Shown piece by piece: positions 28,901 to 37,669 of a DNA stretch of 64,000 nt. The DNA lies in contig JBNLBG010000006.1 in NCBI GenBank assembly GCA_050303195.1, positions 953 through 64,952 on the forward strand, given 5' to 3'. A model generated the notes under the pieces. That model did no database searches. It worked only from the letters and a program-made list of their open reading frames with translations, and was not told where the DNA came from. The position numbers and the translations under genes were made by a program. Each line of letters begins with the position of its first letter. Position 1 is the first letter of the stretch. The stretch comes from Allomuricauda sp. GTDB taxonomy: Bacteria; Bacteroidota; Bacteroidia; Flavobacteriales; Flavobacteriaceae.

Positions 28901-30079
28901 TTTGGGATTATACACATCAACACCGCCCCCATCCAACCCAATCCACATTTTTCCGCTTCTATCACCTGCTATAGCACTCACTGATGGGGATTGCAAAGAA
29001 TTGTTCACATTGGCGAGGCTACGTATGTCCTTAAACTTGTCATAAAGTTTGTCATAGACACCTACCCCATTGTTGTAGTAACCAATCCAAATACGACCCT
29101 GTCTATCTACAAATATGGACCATATTGAGTTGGCCTTTATACTGTTTACATCAAATTTATTGTATCGATAGTGTTTCACCATATCCCCGCTCTTGTTCAA
29201 TGCAAAAAGACCATCGTTCTCTGTACCGCATAATATGTTACCATCTGGTGCTTGTGCAATGGAGAGGATGCGTTCACTACTTATCCTGTAGTTATGTGTT
29301 TTGAAAGCGTTAAAGGGGTTTATTTCAACTTTTATCAAGCCATTCTCAACAGTTCCAATCCATACAGACCCTTCATCGTCTTTGATCATTGATTCTATAT
29401 CATATGGAACATTGCTATCATCTTTTAAACCATCAAGACCCAATGAAACTTGAACCACTTTGTCCACTTCGTAGGAAAAAAGGCCTTTATTGGTGCCTAT
29501 GAGTAATTCTTTTTCCCTGTTCTTGATTATACTGTTTATCTCTAACGAGGATATATCGGTCTCTCCCATGGAAACATTTTGACCGACCAAGGTTTCTGGG
29601 TCTACTGAAAAAAGCCCACTATAGTGGGATCCCACAATAAGTTTACCCGTTGTGCACTCTTGAATGGCCCTGATGGGAACATTTTCCAAGGCTACTGAAT
29701 CCCTATAGAGTGTAACTTGTTTAAAAGTATCATTATCACGGTCATAAACGTTTAGACCTGCCTCGGTACCAATCCACAATCGATTGTGTTCATCGACAAA
29801 TGTTTTATAAATCAAGGAGCTGTTCAGTGAGGAGGAATCTTTAAAATCCTGTTTGTAAGAAACAAAATCAAACCCATTGTATTTTTGAAGACCAACTCCA
29901 TTGGTGCCCATCCAAATGAGACCCAGGCTATCTTGCACAATCGTAGAAACCGCACGCTGCGAATTTCTCTGGTCAATATTCACAAAATTGTACTCACTGT
30001 CTGAAATCTGTGCATTTAAGCCCACACATTTCAAGAATACAAACCCAAGGGCAATATTTAGCAGTTTAGTTGTTTTCAC
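25937..30079 (-). CDS. hybrid two-component system sensor histidine kinase/response regulator with AraC-type HTH output (HTCS)
   Basis: 1380 aa. Periplasmic beta-propeller/Y_Y_Y region (repeated WIGT/WIGS motifs), a TM segment, HisKA FFTNISHEFRTPLTLI, HATPase GTGIGL, a receiver with TDVIMSEMDG, and a C-terminal HTH_18 (AraC). Confidence 0.95.
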   Translation of the reverse strand: MKTTKLLNIALGFVFLKCVGLNAQISDSEYNFVNIDQRNSQRAVSTIVQDSLGLIWMGTNGVGLQKYNGFDFVSYKQDFKDSSSLNSSLIYKTFVDEHNRLWIGTEAGLNVYDRDNDTFKQVTLYRDSVALENVPIRAIQECTTGKLIVGSHYSGLFSVDPETLVGQNVSMGETDISSLEINSIIKNREKELLIGTNKGLFSYEVDKVVQVSLGLDGLKDDSNVPYDIESMIKDDEGSVWIGTVENGLIKVEINPFNAFKTHNYRISSERILSIAQAPDGNILCGTENDGLFALNKSGDMVKHYRYNKFDVNSIKANSIWSIFVDRQGRIWIGYYNNGVGVYDKLYDKFKDIRSLANVNNSLQSPSVSAIAGDRSGKMWIGLDGGGVDVYNPKTRNIVHLINPKNSFGAYLSAEDVMALFVDSGNNVWVGTWNSGIYYLPNGSKTFINYTASNSGGGLKSDRIMSFEEDAQGTIWIGSYVGGLHSYHPKQKRFVHHNEQIFDDPTPGEGDMRIVLVDKNKNIWMGTTAGLYKLEGNGTPIEKQKAIPLRVPMYKSLGNPLVVDAVVSLHEDGRGNIWIGTDGAGLCKYDPLSDSFSWYGQNDGLKQETIASILEDDNGDLWIGGNNGLSHLDIENQVFKNFDINDGLLANDFYFNSAFKDRDGLLYFGNYGGINYIDPDHVKTNTNKPEVYFTDLRLFNKRVGPNDEESPLDKVIAQTDELTLKHKQSVFTIEYAAINFTRPKKNQYAYILEGFDDTWNYVGQTRSATYTNLSPGDYTFKVKAANNDEVWNEIPKTLRITILSPWWATNLALVSYIVFILLISYFSAKFISQRIREKRAVEAERERRTQEEALNDKKIQFFTNISHEFRTPLTLILNPLEDVLSNSRHKLSRITHEKLRTIHKNTSRLKRLIDELMDFRKLEINKFSTKASELEAISFVTEIAEHFQEEAALRNIILLVESDDDQIALWSDPLLLEKVIFNILSNAFKITPDNGFITIGVFRSGQEIVFPLIDGQEKAQTLEIYIEDTGLGIKKEELEKIFERFYQVKEMNSQYYGGTGIGLEMVKSFVDLLKGKVIVESEEGVGTKFRIFLPLGKDHFKDNELLCPPDSENNLAVLPLPEDNLEVEYTRTGSNRTLLIVEDNAELRTYLKNELKGEYTIFEAVNGVQGLEIALKRLPDLILTDVIMSEMDGFEFCKRIRRDLKTSHIPVLMLTAKAMTEDWVKGIDSGADIYLRKPFEMKVLRAQLKQIIQSRQVLFNKYLSDSDNFKIPDSTSSLDKNFMTQVLNYITKNIADENLNVESLAEELHLSRSQLYRKIKAMTGLTVTEFLRKIRLEHAKRFIENGTESISEVCYKVGFSSPSYFTKCFKAQFGVLPTELK

Positions 30080-30308
30080 GAGGTTGACGAAAAATAAATT
30101 TTACAATTTAGTTTCAATAGGTTGAAAATTTTTAGCTAAAATTCTCAAAAAACGGTGTCGAACATTTCCTTTTTTGATATTGGCGCTTCCAGAGCATCAC
30201 AATTTAAACTCTCAAAATGTAACTTTTACCTGTATCCATTGCAGTAATATTTGCAATTTTTCATACAAATTAAATCTAATTTTGAATACCGAAAGGGCAA
30301 CAAAATTC

Positions 30309-30359
30309 GGATACATCAACACATCTAAAATTCCCAATTATGAATAGGTTGATGTATTC
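30309..30359. repeat. inverted repeat ggatacatcaac / gttgatgtattc (11 of 12 bp) with a 27-nt spacer, downstream of the GH43 gene
   Basis: Arms at 30309-30320 and 30348-30359. On the minus strand it is followed by GAATTTTGTTG, so it may be a terminator, although the loop is large. Confidence 0.3.
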
Positions 30360-30465
30360 ATTTAATTAACCGCGCTCATTATGTAATACCAGTCGGGTAA
30401 CATAAAAGAAAGGATACCAGCCTTGAAGAATAGAGTTTCATGTTAGTTTTTTTAGTTTATTAATT

Positions 30466-32124
30466 TTAGTTATTCAATTTACTCATTATTCTGAAATAGT
30501 CGAAATCTGCATATCCACCTGTTTCTTTTGTGGCATAATTAAAGAGCCCAAAACGATACCCCATAAAATGGGGCAAAGTGTATGACATTTTCAGTTGAGT
30601 TCCTATCTTAATCCATTTCTCTCCGTCTAAACTGTAATAGAAATTGGCTACATCTTCCTGATTGGTAAAATTGCAATTGGCTTTTAAGTAGACCACGTTT
30701 TGTTGTAGCGGTACACTTTCCATTTCTTCAAGCTGACCATTATTTACGCTTACCATGACCAGTTTCTTCTCCTCATTTTCAAATTTTACCCCAAGTTGCC
30801 CATAGTTTTTCTGAAGTAATGCCAAACCGGCAAAATCACCATTTTTCAAATTTGAAACATCCATAGAAATGGTTCCAGAACATACCGGACCAATAGTTCT
30901 TTGGGTAAGTGTATTCCTGGCCTGAACTAAAGTCTCATCCACACGTCCTGTCCGTAATCTCAGGTATCCTTTTCTATCATTAATTGACCACAAACTGTCC
31001 ACTGGATTGTGATTCCATTGCCAAGCCAATGGCAATTTGAGGTCATCGGCTTTTCTGTCAAATTCATCACTGGTCACAATATTTGGAATCAAACCCCTAC
31101 TTGCAGGTAGCTCCAAAGTATCGGGCACCTTGCCCCCAACACCCAAAACAGGCCATCCATCCTCCCATGTAACTGGTGCTAAATAAGGTATTCTACCCAC
31201 AGAACCATAATCCCTAAAAAGATAGGTGAACCATCTACCATCAGGAGTGTCAATCAATCCACCTTGCGCAATGCCCCTATCTTGCAATGCAACCTTGCCC
31301 TCATATGGGCCATTGATGGAGTCTGCACGATGTATCAACACGGTCCGCATGCCATTTCGGGGCCATGTAATGTTAAAAAGGTAATATTTTCCATTCACCT
31401 TGAACAACTGGGAACCTTCTGCGCCCAACATAATATCATCACCTGCTGGGGCACTGGCATTTTCAATAAGCACTCTTTCCGTACCTTCCTTTACACCGGA
31501 CAAATCATCTTTCAATTCAGCTATCATAAGCTTTCCGTTGCCCCAAATCATGTATACTTTTCCATCATCATCAAAATAAACGGTGAGGTCGTGATATGAA
31601 GGTTCAAAGGATTTCACCTCCCAGGGACCTTTTTCAATATTTGTTGTGGAATAGACATAGGTTTTTCCAGTGGTTGCTGCGAAAGTGAACACATAAAAAA
31701 TGCCATTATGATACCGAATACAACTGGCCCAAGACCCTCTTCCATAAGCGTTTTCACCATTCTTCAGATTAAGGGCATCAACATTGCCAAGGGTATCATA
31801 GGCGTAGTTGACCAATTCCCAATTGACCAAATCTTTTGATTTCATTATGGGGACTCCTGGACTCATGTGCATGGTTGTACTGCTCATGTAGTAGGTATCT
31901 TCCACTCGCACCATTGACATATCTGGAACATCGGCAAAAATGATGGGGTTTTGCGCTTTCTTGTTTTGGGCACTTCCCAAGTAAAAGATGAAAAACATAA
32001 AGAAAAGTGCCCTAAGTTCTTTTCCTGGAATTACAGGACATACTGAATTTATGGCCTTCTTAAAATAAGGTTCAATGGTGGTACTTTTTAACATCTGGTA
32101 AAAATGTATCTTTTGAACATCCAA
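30466..32124 (-). CDS. GH43 family glycoside hydrolase (beta-xylosidase type) with a C-terminal concanavalin-like beta-sandwich, secreted
   Basis: 552 aa. NPIIFADVPDMSMVRVEDTYYMSSTTMHMSPGVPIMKSKDLVNWE, a later EGSQLFKVNGKYYLF, and a C-terminal about 200-aa beta-sandwich. The true start is probably an internal Met, because the signal peptide LRALFFMFFIFYLGSAQ lies about 35 aa in. Confidence 0.85.
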   Translation of the reverse strand: MDVQKIHFYQMLKSTTIEPYFKKAINSVCPVIPGKELRALFFMFFIFYLGSAQNKKAQNPIIFADVPDMSMVRVEDTYYMSSTTMHMSPGVPIMKSKDLVNWELVNYAYDTLGNVDALNLKNGENAYGRGSWASCIRYHNGIFYVFTFAATTGKTYVYSTTNIEKGPWEVKSFEPSYHDLTVYFDDDGKVYMIWGNGKLMIAELKDDLSGVKEGTERVLIENASAPAGDDIMLGAEGSQLFKVNGKYYLFNITWPRNGMRTVLIHRADSINGPYEGKVALQDRGIAQGGLIDTPDGRWFTYLFRDYGSVGRIPYLAPVTWEDGWPVLGVGGKVPDTLELPASRGLIPNIVTSDEFDRKADDLKLPLAWQWNHNPVDSLWSINDRKGYLRLRTGRVDETLVQARNTLTQRTIGPVCSGTISMDVSNLKNGDFAGLALLQKNYGQLGVKFENEEKKLVMVSVNNGQLEEMESVPLQQNVVYLKANCNFTNQEDVANFYYSLDGEKWIKIGTQLKMSYTLPHFMGYRFGLFNYATKETGGYADFDYFRIMSKLNN

Positions 32125-32195
32125 TATAAGTGTTTATTTAACACATCAATGTTCAATACGCAACAAATTACCTGAATCTAGATTTTGGTCCGTTT

Positions 32196-34739
32196 TTATT
32201 CCCTTTCTTTTCTCAAAACAACAAGAGGAGAGCTACTCACAACACTCAGACTATTCCCAACTCCCAACATAAATACTAACAGAATTATTAGTGGCATAAT
32301 CACAAGGAACGGTACCAGAGAAGGGGCAAATGTCATGTCAAATAGCATCCATGCCAATAAAAAGTTAGCTAAAAGGGCCAGTACCACACCCATAAAAGCA
32401 CCTAGGAATCCTAAAATGGCATATTCAATAGATATTATGCTTAAAATCTGTGACCCTTTGGCCCCCAAGGTTCTCAGCAAAGCTCCCTGTTTTACACGTT
32501 GGTGCTTACTACTGTAAATGGCTCCCATAAGTACCGCCACCCCAACAAAAATGCTAAAGAAGGCCATGAAGTTTATCACCCAACTGATTTTACCCAAAAT
32601 ATCCTCCAAAAGCGTCAACATACGCTTCAGATCCAAAATAGAAACGTTGGGGAATGCTTTTACCAATTTTTGTTGCAGCTGTGCTGAACTTTCATCGTCC
32701 TTGGTCCTAGTGGTCATAACTTTAAACTGAGGGGCTCTTTCAAGTATTTCTGACGGAAAGACTATTGAAAAGTTAGGCTGCAATCTACTCCAATCCACAG
32801 TTCTTATACTTACTATACTTGTCTTCATTATCCTCCCCTGTACATTGAAGGTTACCTGCTCTCCCAATGATACTTGTGACATCCTTGCAAAATCTTCACT
32901 TACAGAAATGGGAATACCTGTGTACTGTCGTAAAGGTGGCCATTCACCCTCTATGTTTTGCTCAGAATTGATGAGACTATCCCGATAGGTGACCCTGAAT
33001 TCATGGTTTAATATCCAACGGCTTACTTGGGATGTAGTGTCCCTCCGGATTTCCTCCACATGCCTTCCTTTCAAGGTTTCTACCCTCATGGTAACAATGG
33101 GAATCAAATCTATTACGGGCAATCCTGAAGCCGTAATGGTATTGGCTACTTCATCAGTCTGCCCATTTTGAATATCCATTAAAATCATATTGGCACTATT
33201 GCCATTATCTTCAATGGAGGCTTTTTGTAAAAGCATATCCTTGGTAAAATATAGTGTACTGATCAAAAAGGTTCCAATTCCTATGGACAAGACCAAAATA
33301 AGGGTCTGGTTTTGCGGTCTGAACAAATTCCGTAATCCTTGTCTGGCCGTAAAGCTCCAGGAGTATGGAAAAAATCGTTTCAACAATGCCATAAAAAATT
33401 TGGCTACTCCGGTAAGAATTAGAAATACAGCACTCAAACCAATCACAAAAAATAGTGATCTCTCAAAATCTCCCAAAAGCCAAAATGAAAACCCAAGCAC
33501 AAAAAGGACTATGCCCGTACCCACAGCTATGGTTGCCCTAGAGGAGCGGGTCCCGCCCTCATCCACAACGCGCAAAGCTTGTAAGGGCGAAACATACAAC
33601 GTCTTGATCAAAGGGTATAGAGCAAACAAAACTGACATAGTGATACCTAAAGCAAGTCCTAAAAGGATATCTTGAAAGGAAAGGGATATACTAACATCAA
33701 TGGGCAGTAAATTTCCCAATAGTACTGGAAACAACCGTTGAACAAAAAAACCAGAAAAAGTACCCAACAGGCCACCAATCACACCCATACAGGCTATCTG
33801 AACGAAAAATATAAGGTAGCTCTGATATTTTGTTGCCCCCAAACATTTCAGCACCGCAATGGACTTTAGTTTCATCCGGATATAGATACTCATTCCGCTA
33901 GCAATACCCACACACCCCAGAAGAAGTGCTATAAACCCCACCAAGTTCAAGAACTTACCGAAGTTCTCGTATCGCCTACCCATTCGTCTTGCCTCCGAAA
34001 CATGGGTATCAATATCAGCATCTTCATTGTCCAGCACTGGATCAAGCTTATCTTCCAGTACCTCCATATTCTGGCCTTCTTGGGCGGTAAAATAATATTT
34101 GTAGTCAATACGGCTTCCCGTTTGTACGAGGCCCGTACCATCAATATAACTGAAAGGAATGAGTACAGGTGGAGCAATGGCTCCAAAAACCGAATTACTG
34201 CCAGGTACCGTTTTCAAACCTCCTGCAATGGGAAGTGTAACCGCACCCAACTTTATGCTATCGCCTACTTTTAGATCAAATTGGAGCATGGTAGTGGCAT
34301 CAACCAATGCTCCACCCTTTTGAAAATCTTTTATTGCCGTGGAGGGGTCGGTCTCCAACCCCCCATAAAAAGGGAAATCACCCTCAACACCACGTACCTC
34401 CATAAGTTTTGTTCCCTCATTGCCTGGAAATGCTCCCATGGAAAGAAAATTGATTTCCCTTGCATCAGCACCTCCCAAAGAGTCCATGATGCCCATTACC
34501 CGATCATTGACCGGTTTGTCGCTTTCAATCACAAAATCGGCGCCCAAAAGTTCTTTGGATTGCAATGCAATGTTTTCTTTGAGCAGTCCACTGAAGGAGT
34601 GAACGCTTACCACGGCTGCAACGCCAAGAGCAATGGAGAAAATGAACAACACTAATTTGCCATAGCTCGCTTTCCCATCACGCCATGCCATTTTGAACAA
34701 CCACAATACTCCTGTTCCTTTTTTCTGCCCTCTGCTCAT
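32196..34739 (-). CDS. FtsX-like ABC transporter permease (YbbP-like, duplicated FtsX domains)
   Basis: 847 aa with two 4-TM FtsX modules separated by large periplasmic regions. Its start overlaps the ATPase stop (TAATG). Confidence 0.85.
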   Translation of the reverse strand: MSRGQKKGTGVLWLFKMAWRDGKASYGKLVLFIFSIALGVAAVVSVHSFSGLLKENIALQSKELLGADFVIESDKPVNDRVMGIMDSLGGADAREINFLSMGAFPGNEGTKLMEVRGVEGDFPFYGGLETDPSTAIKDFQKGGALVDATTMLQFDLKVGDSIKLGAVTLPIAGGLKTVPGSNSVFGAIAPPVLIPFSYIDGTGLVQTGSRIDYKYYFTAQEGQNMEVLEDKLDPVLDNEDADIDTHVSEARRMGRRYENFGKFLNLVGFIALLLGCVGIASGMSIYIRMKLKSIAVLKCLGATKYQSYLIFFVQIACMGVIGGLLGTFSGFFVQRLFPVLLGNLLPIDVSISLSFQDILLGLALGITMSVLFALYPLIKTLYVSPLQALRVVDEGGTRSSRATIAVGTGIVLFVLGFSFWLLGDFERSLFFVIGLSAVFLILTGVAKFFMALLKRFFPYSWSFTARQGLRNLFRPQNQTLILVLSIGIGTFLISTLYFTKDMLLQKASIEDNGNSANMILMDIQNGQTDEVANTITASGLPVIDLIPIVTMRVETLKGRHVEEIRRDTTSQVSRWILNHEFRVTYRDSLINSEQNIEGEWPPLRQYTGIPISVSEDFARMSQVSLGEQVTFNVQGRIMKTSIVSIRTVDWSRLQPNFSIVFPSEILERAPQFKVMTTRTKDDESSAQLQQKLVKAFPNVSILDLKRMLTLLEDILGKISWVINFMAFFSIFVGVAVLMGAIYSSKHQRVKQGALLRTLGAKGSQILSIISIEYAILGFLGAFMGVVLALLANFLLAWMLFDMTFAPSLVPFLVIMPLIILLVFMLGVGNSLSVVSSSPLVVLRKERE

Positions 34740-35416
34740 TAACTATAGCTTTCCTCAATTTTACCGGACCTCAACCGGATACTTTTATCTGTTTTTTGGG
34801 CCAATTCCAAATCATGGGTCACAATGACCAGGGCCGTACCCTGTTCTTTGTTGAGCTCAAAAAGTAGTTTTTCAATCTTTGCCCCGGTTTCATCATCCAA
34901 ATTTCCTGTAGGCTCATCGGCAAATAATACAGCCGGTTTATTAGCAAAGGCTCGGGCCAACGCTACACGTTGTTGTTCTCCCCCCGATAACTGTGAAGGA
35001 TAATGTCCAGCCCTGTCCCCCAATCCAACTTTTGCCAATAGTTCTTTTCCTTGTTCGGTTGCTTTTTTAATTCCCCGGAGCTCTAAAGGAACAATTACAT
35101 TTTCCAATGCGGTAAGGGTTGGCAATAATTGAAAATCCTGAAAAACAAATCCAACCTTCTCATTTCTTAACCTAGCTCTTCCATCCTCATCAAGACCTGC
35201 CAAATCCTGACCACATAGCCAAATATCGCCTTCATTGGTACTATCCAGCCCGGCACATAATCCCAGCAATGTTGTCTTTCCACTTCCCGATGGCCCAACA
35301 ATGGCAAAAGTTTCACCACTGTCCACTTCAAAAGAAACATCGTTTAATACGGTGAGGTCATGTTCTCCACTCCTATAGGTTTTATGAAGGTGTTGAACTT
35401 TTAATATCTTTGACAT
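34739..35416 (-). CDS. ABC transporter ATP-binding protein (YbbA/LolD-like)
   Basis: Walker A GPSGSGKTT, signature LSGGEQQRVALAR, Walker B LFADEPTGNLD. Confidence 0.9.
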   Translation of the reverse strand: MSKILKVQHLHKTYRSGEHDLTVLNDVSFEVDSGETFAIVGPSGSGKTTLLGLCAGLDSTNEGDIWLCGQDLAGLDEDGRARLRNEKVGFVFQDFQLLPTLTALENVIVPLELRGIKKATEQGKELLAKVGLGDRAGHYPSQLSGGEQQRVALARAFANKPAVLFADEPTGNLDDETGAKIEKLLFELNKEQGTALVIVTHDLELAQKTDKSIRLRSGKIEESYS

Positions 35417-35493
35417 AAATGCTTTTGGTTAAAACTCTCAAAATACTAAAATTGACCTTCACCAAAAAAAATCCCAACCTTTCCAAGCAGTTA

Positions 35494-36159
35494 ATGTTTT
35501 GTTATTTTTTAACATTCCTACTATTAGGGTGCGGTGGCAAAAGCTCAGAAAAAAAAGAAACGGAAGAATCGAGAACAGAGGAAGAAACCATAACAATCGC
35601 CAGTGATTCCGAAAAGAAGATTCTTTTTTTTGGCGATAGCCTCACGGCGGGGTATGGTCTTGAACTGGGAGAGGCCTATCCATCTATCATTCAACAAAAG
35701 ATAGATTCATTGGGATTGGATTACCAGGTCATCAATGCTGGTCTAAGCGGTGAGACTACGGCCAGTGGGAAAAATAGATTGGAATGGGTGTTGGAAGAAG
35801 GCATCTCCATTGTGATCATTGAATTGGGCGCGAATGATGGACTTAGGGGTGTTCCACTCAAAGAAACCGAATCCAACTTACAGTCCATGGTGGATATGGT
35901 TCAGGAAAAGTTGCCCAATGCCGAAATTGTATTGGCCGGAATGAAGATTCCACCCAATATGGGACCAGAATACACCGCCACCTTTGAGGGTCTTTTTCCC
36001 GAACTGGCAGAAAAGGAAAACGTGTACCTTATTCCATTTCTTCTTGAAAATGTGGCGGGTATACCTGACCTCAACCAAAGTGATGGGATACATCCAACCG
36101 TTGAAGGGCAAAAAATAGTTGCCCAGAATGTTTGGGATGTATTGGGTCCGATTCTTTAA
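35494..36159 (+). CDS. SGNH/GDSL arylesterase-thioesterase lipoprotein (TesA-like)
   Basis: I chose the ATG at 35494 (MFCYFLTFLLLGCGG lipobox); the track start at 35419 would abut the divergent ATPase start. FFGDSLTAGYG block I, GANDG block III, DGIHP block V. Confidence 0.85.
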   Translation: MFCYFLTFLLLGCGGKSSEKKETEESRTEEETITIASDSEKKILFFGDSLTAGYGLELGEAYPSIIQQKIDSLGLDYQVINAGLSGETTASGKNRLEWVLEEGISIVIIELGANDGLRGVPLKETESNLQSMVDMVQEKLPNAEIVLAGMKIPPNMGPEYTATFEGLFPELAEKENVYLIPFLLENVAGIPDLNQSDGIHPTVEGQKIVAQNVWDVLGPIL

Positions 36160-36226
36160 TGGGTTATCAAAAATAGCAATCTCGATTCGTGCAATACTTC
36201 TTTGAAGTAGTTCAAATTATTGTACC

Positions 36227-37666
36227 CTAAACCATGGCAATTTCAACTTTCTGGAATTCGGATTTTTCCGCTCCGCAAACCAAACAGGTGTACTCTTCCG
36301 GTAAATCATCAAACTTGGTGTTTGCATCAATATTGGACTGGGGCTCCCCAATTGCCTCGTCATACACCGTTAAACAGTTTTGGCATTGGTAAACAATATG
36401 CATGGTCTGCTCCTTTTTTGCTGTTTTTTTCTCTTTTGTTGATCCTTCGTGCCCGAGTTGCAAAAAATACTGCTTGCTCAATTCAATAAGAAGATTGGGC
36501 AGTTCCTTTTGATCCACATCTTGGGCATAGATCAAATACTGTCTGGTATTGGGGTCGAAATTCTTAAAATGGCACACATTGTAGGTCGGCTTGGCGTTAA
36601 ACTTTTCCACCAATTGGGACAAAGGGTTCCTTTCAATTACAATAGAGGAAAAATGGGATTGTTTTCCCACATCTTTGCTGATGCCAAAAGTAAGGCCGTA
36701 GGTGCTTATATCGTTTTGGTCAAAGCTGTTCACCAAATATTTTTTAAGCTCCAATGCCTCTTGGTCATCAACAGGTAGATGCCAGTTCATTTCCAATTGT
36801 GAATGCCTTACATTGATTCCCCTTTGTCCTAAAAAACGCTCCAATTCTGGGCGACTCTCCTTGGGAATCCCTTTTATGATGAATGATTTCCATGGGGTGA
36901 TGCATATTTTTCCAATACTGTTGTCCAAACAAAACCCACAAAATTCCTTCAAAAATTTCAGGTCATACCGATTGTTTCTCCAATACAGCCCCAACCAAAA
37001 TTGATCAAGCCCCATACGGTTCATACCCTCATAATAAGGAAAGGTCAAAAAAGGAATGTGAAGCTCCTTATTGATGGCCTTATTGTTATGGGTCTGCATC
37101 CGCTGGTTCAACACCGTGAACAGCTGATCTACATTATCCATGGTATGGTACACTTCTTCAATAGCCCTGCATAGAGAGACTATATCCCAACTATAGATCA
37201 AAACAGGATAGTAGGCACTTTTCTTCCAATGGGGCAATTGTATGTTCAGGTACCAATAATCTTCCTGTTCCGAGGCCACAAAGTTGAGGTTGCCACTAAA
37301 AATGGGCACCAGTCGCTGCTTGGGATCGGTAATGTTTATTTTTAGTTTGGGCAGAAAATCAAACTGTTCCAATAAATACAGATAGGTTGATCCCTTTAAC
37401 CAATAGGTCGTATCAAAAATATCTACCGAAACATAGGAACATACAATATTTTGATACGATCGATTGGCTATGATATCCGTATTGTACTTAGATATTTTTT
37501 CCAGATGGTCCTTTTTTACATCGTTCAAGGGAAAAAGTAGGTCTTGGCGCGACCCAAAATAAACCTCGGACAACCCAGCGGCTTCCAGCATAGCTATACT
37601 GTCCTTGAGTTCTCCAGGGGAGGTAATGCCTCCTTTAATCAATATTCTGTGCAAATCGTCATTCAT
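36227..37666 (-). CDS. NiR/SiR(CobG)-like half-domain protein fused to a C-terminal rubredoxin
   Basis: 479 aa. The C-terminal YQCQNC...YTCLVCGAEKSEF is a rubredoxin (two CxxC knuckles). The N-terminal RILIKGGITSPGELKDSIAMLEAAGLSEVYFGSRQDLLF and KICITPWKSFIIKGIP...FLGQRGINV resemble nitrite/sulfite reductase ferredoxin-like half-domains. No canonical siroheme/4Fe-4S Cys motif found. Starts 3 nt after the nasA stop. Confidence 0.6.
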   Translation of the reverse strand: MNDDLHRILIKGGITSPGELKDSIAMLEAAGLSEVYFGSRQDLLFPLNDVKKDHLEKISKYNTDIIANRSYQNIVCSYVSVDIFDTTYWLKGSTYLYLLEQFDFLPKLKINITDPKQRLVPIFSGNLNFVASEQEDYWYLNIQLPHWKKSAYYPVLIYSWDIVSLCRAIEEVYHTMDNVDQLFTVLNQRMQTHNNKAINKELHIPFLTFPYYEGMNRMGLDQFWLGLYWRNNRYDLKFLKEFCGFCLDNSIGKICITPWKSFIIKGIPKESRPELERFLGQRGINVRHSQLEMNWHLPVDDQEALELKKYLVNSFDQNDISTYGLTFGISKDVGKQSHFSSIVIERNPLSQLVEKFNAKPTYNVCHFKNFDPNTRQYLIYAQDVDQKELPNLLIELSKQYFLQLGHEGSTKEKKTAKKEQTMHIVYQCQNCLTVYDEAIGEPQSNIDANTKFDDLPEEYTCLVCGAEKSEFQKVEIAMV

Positions 37667-37669
37667 AAG

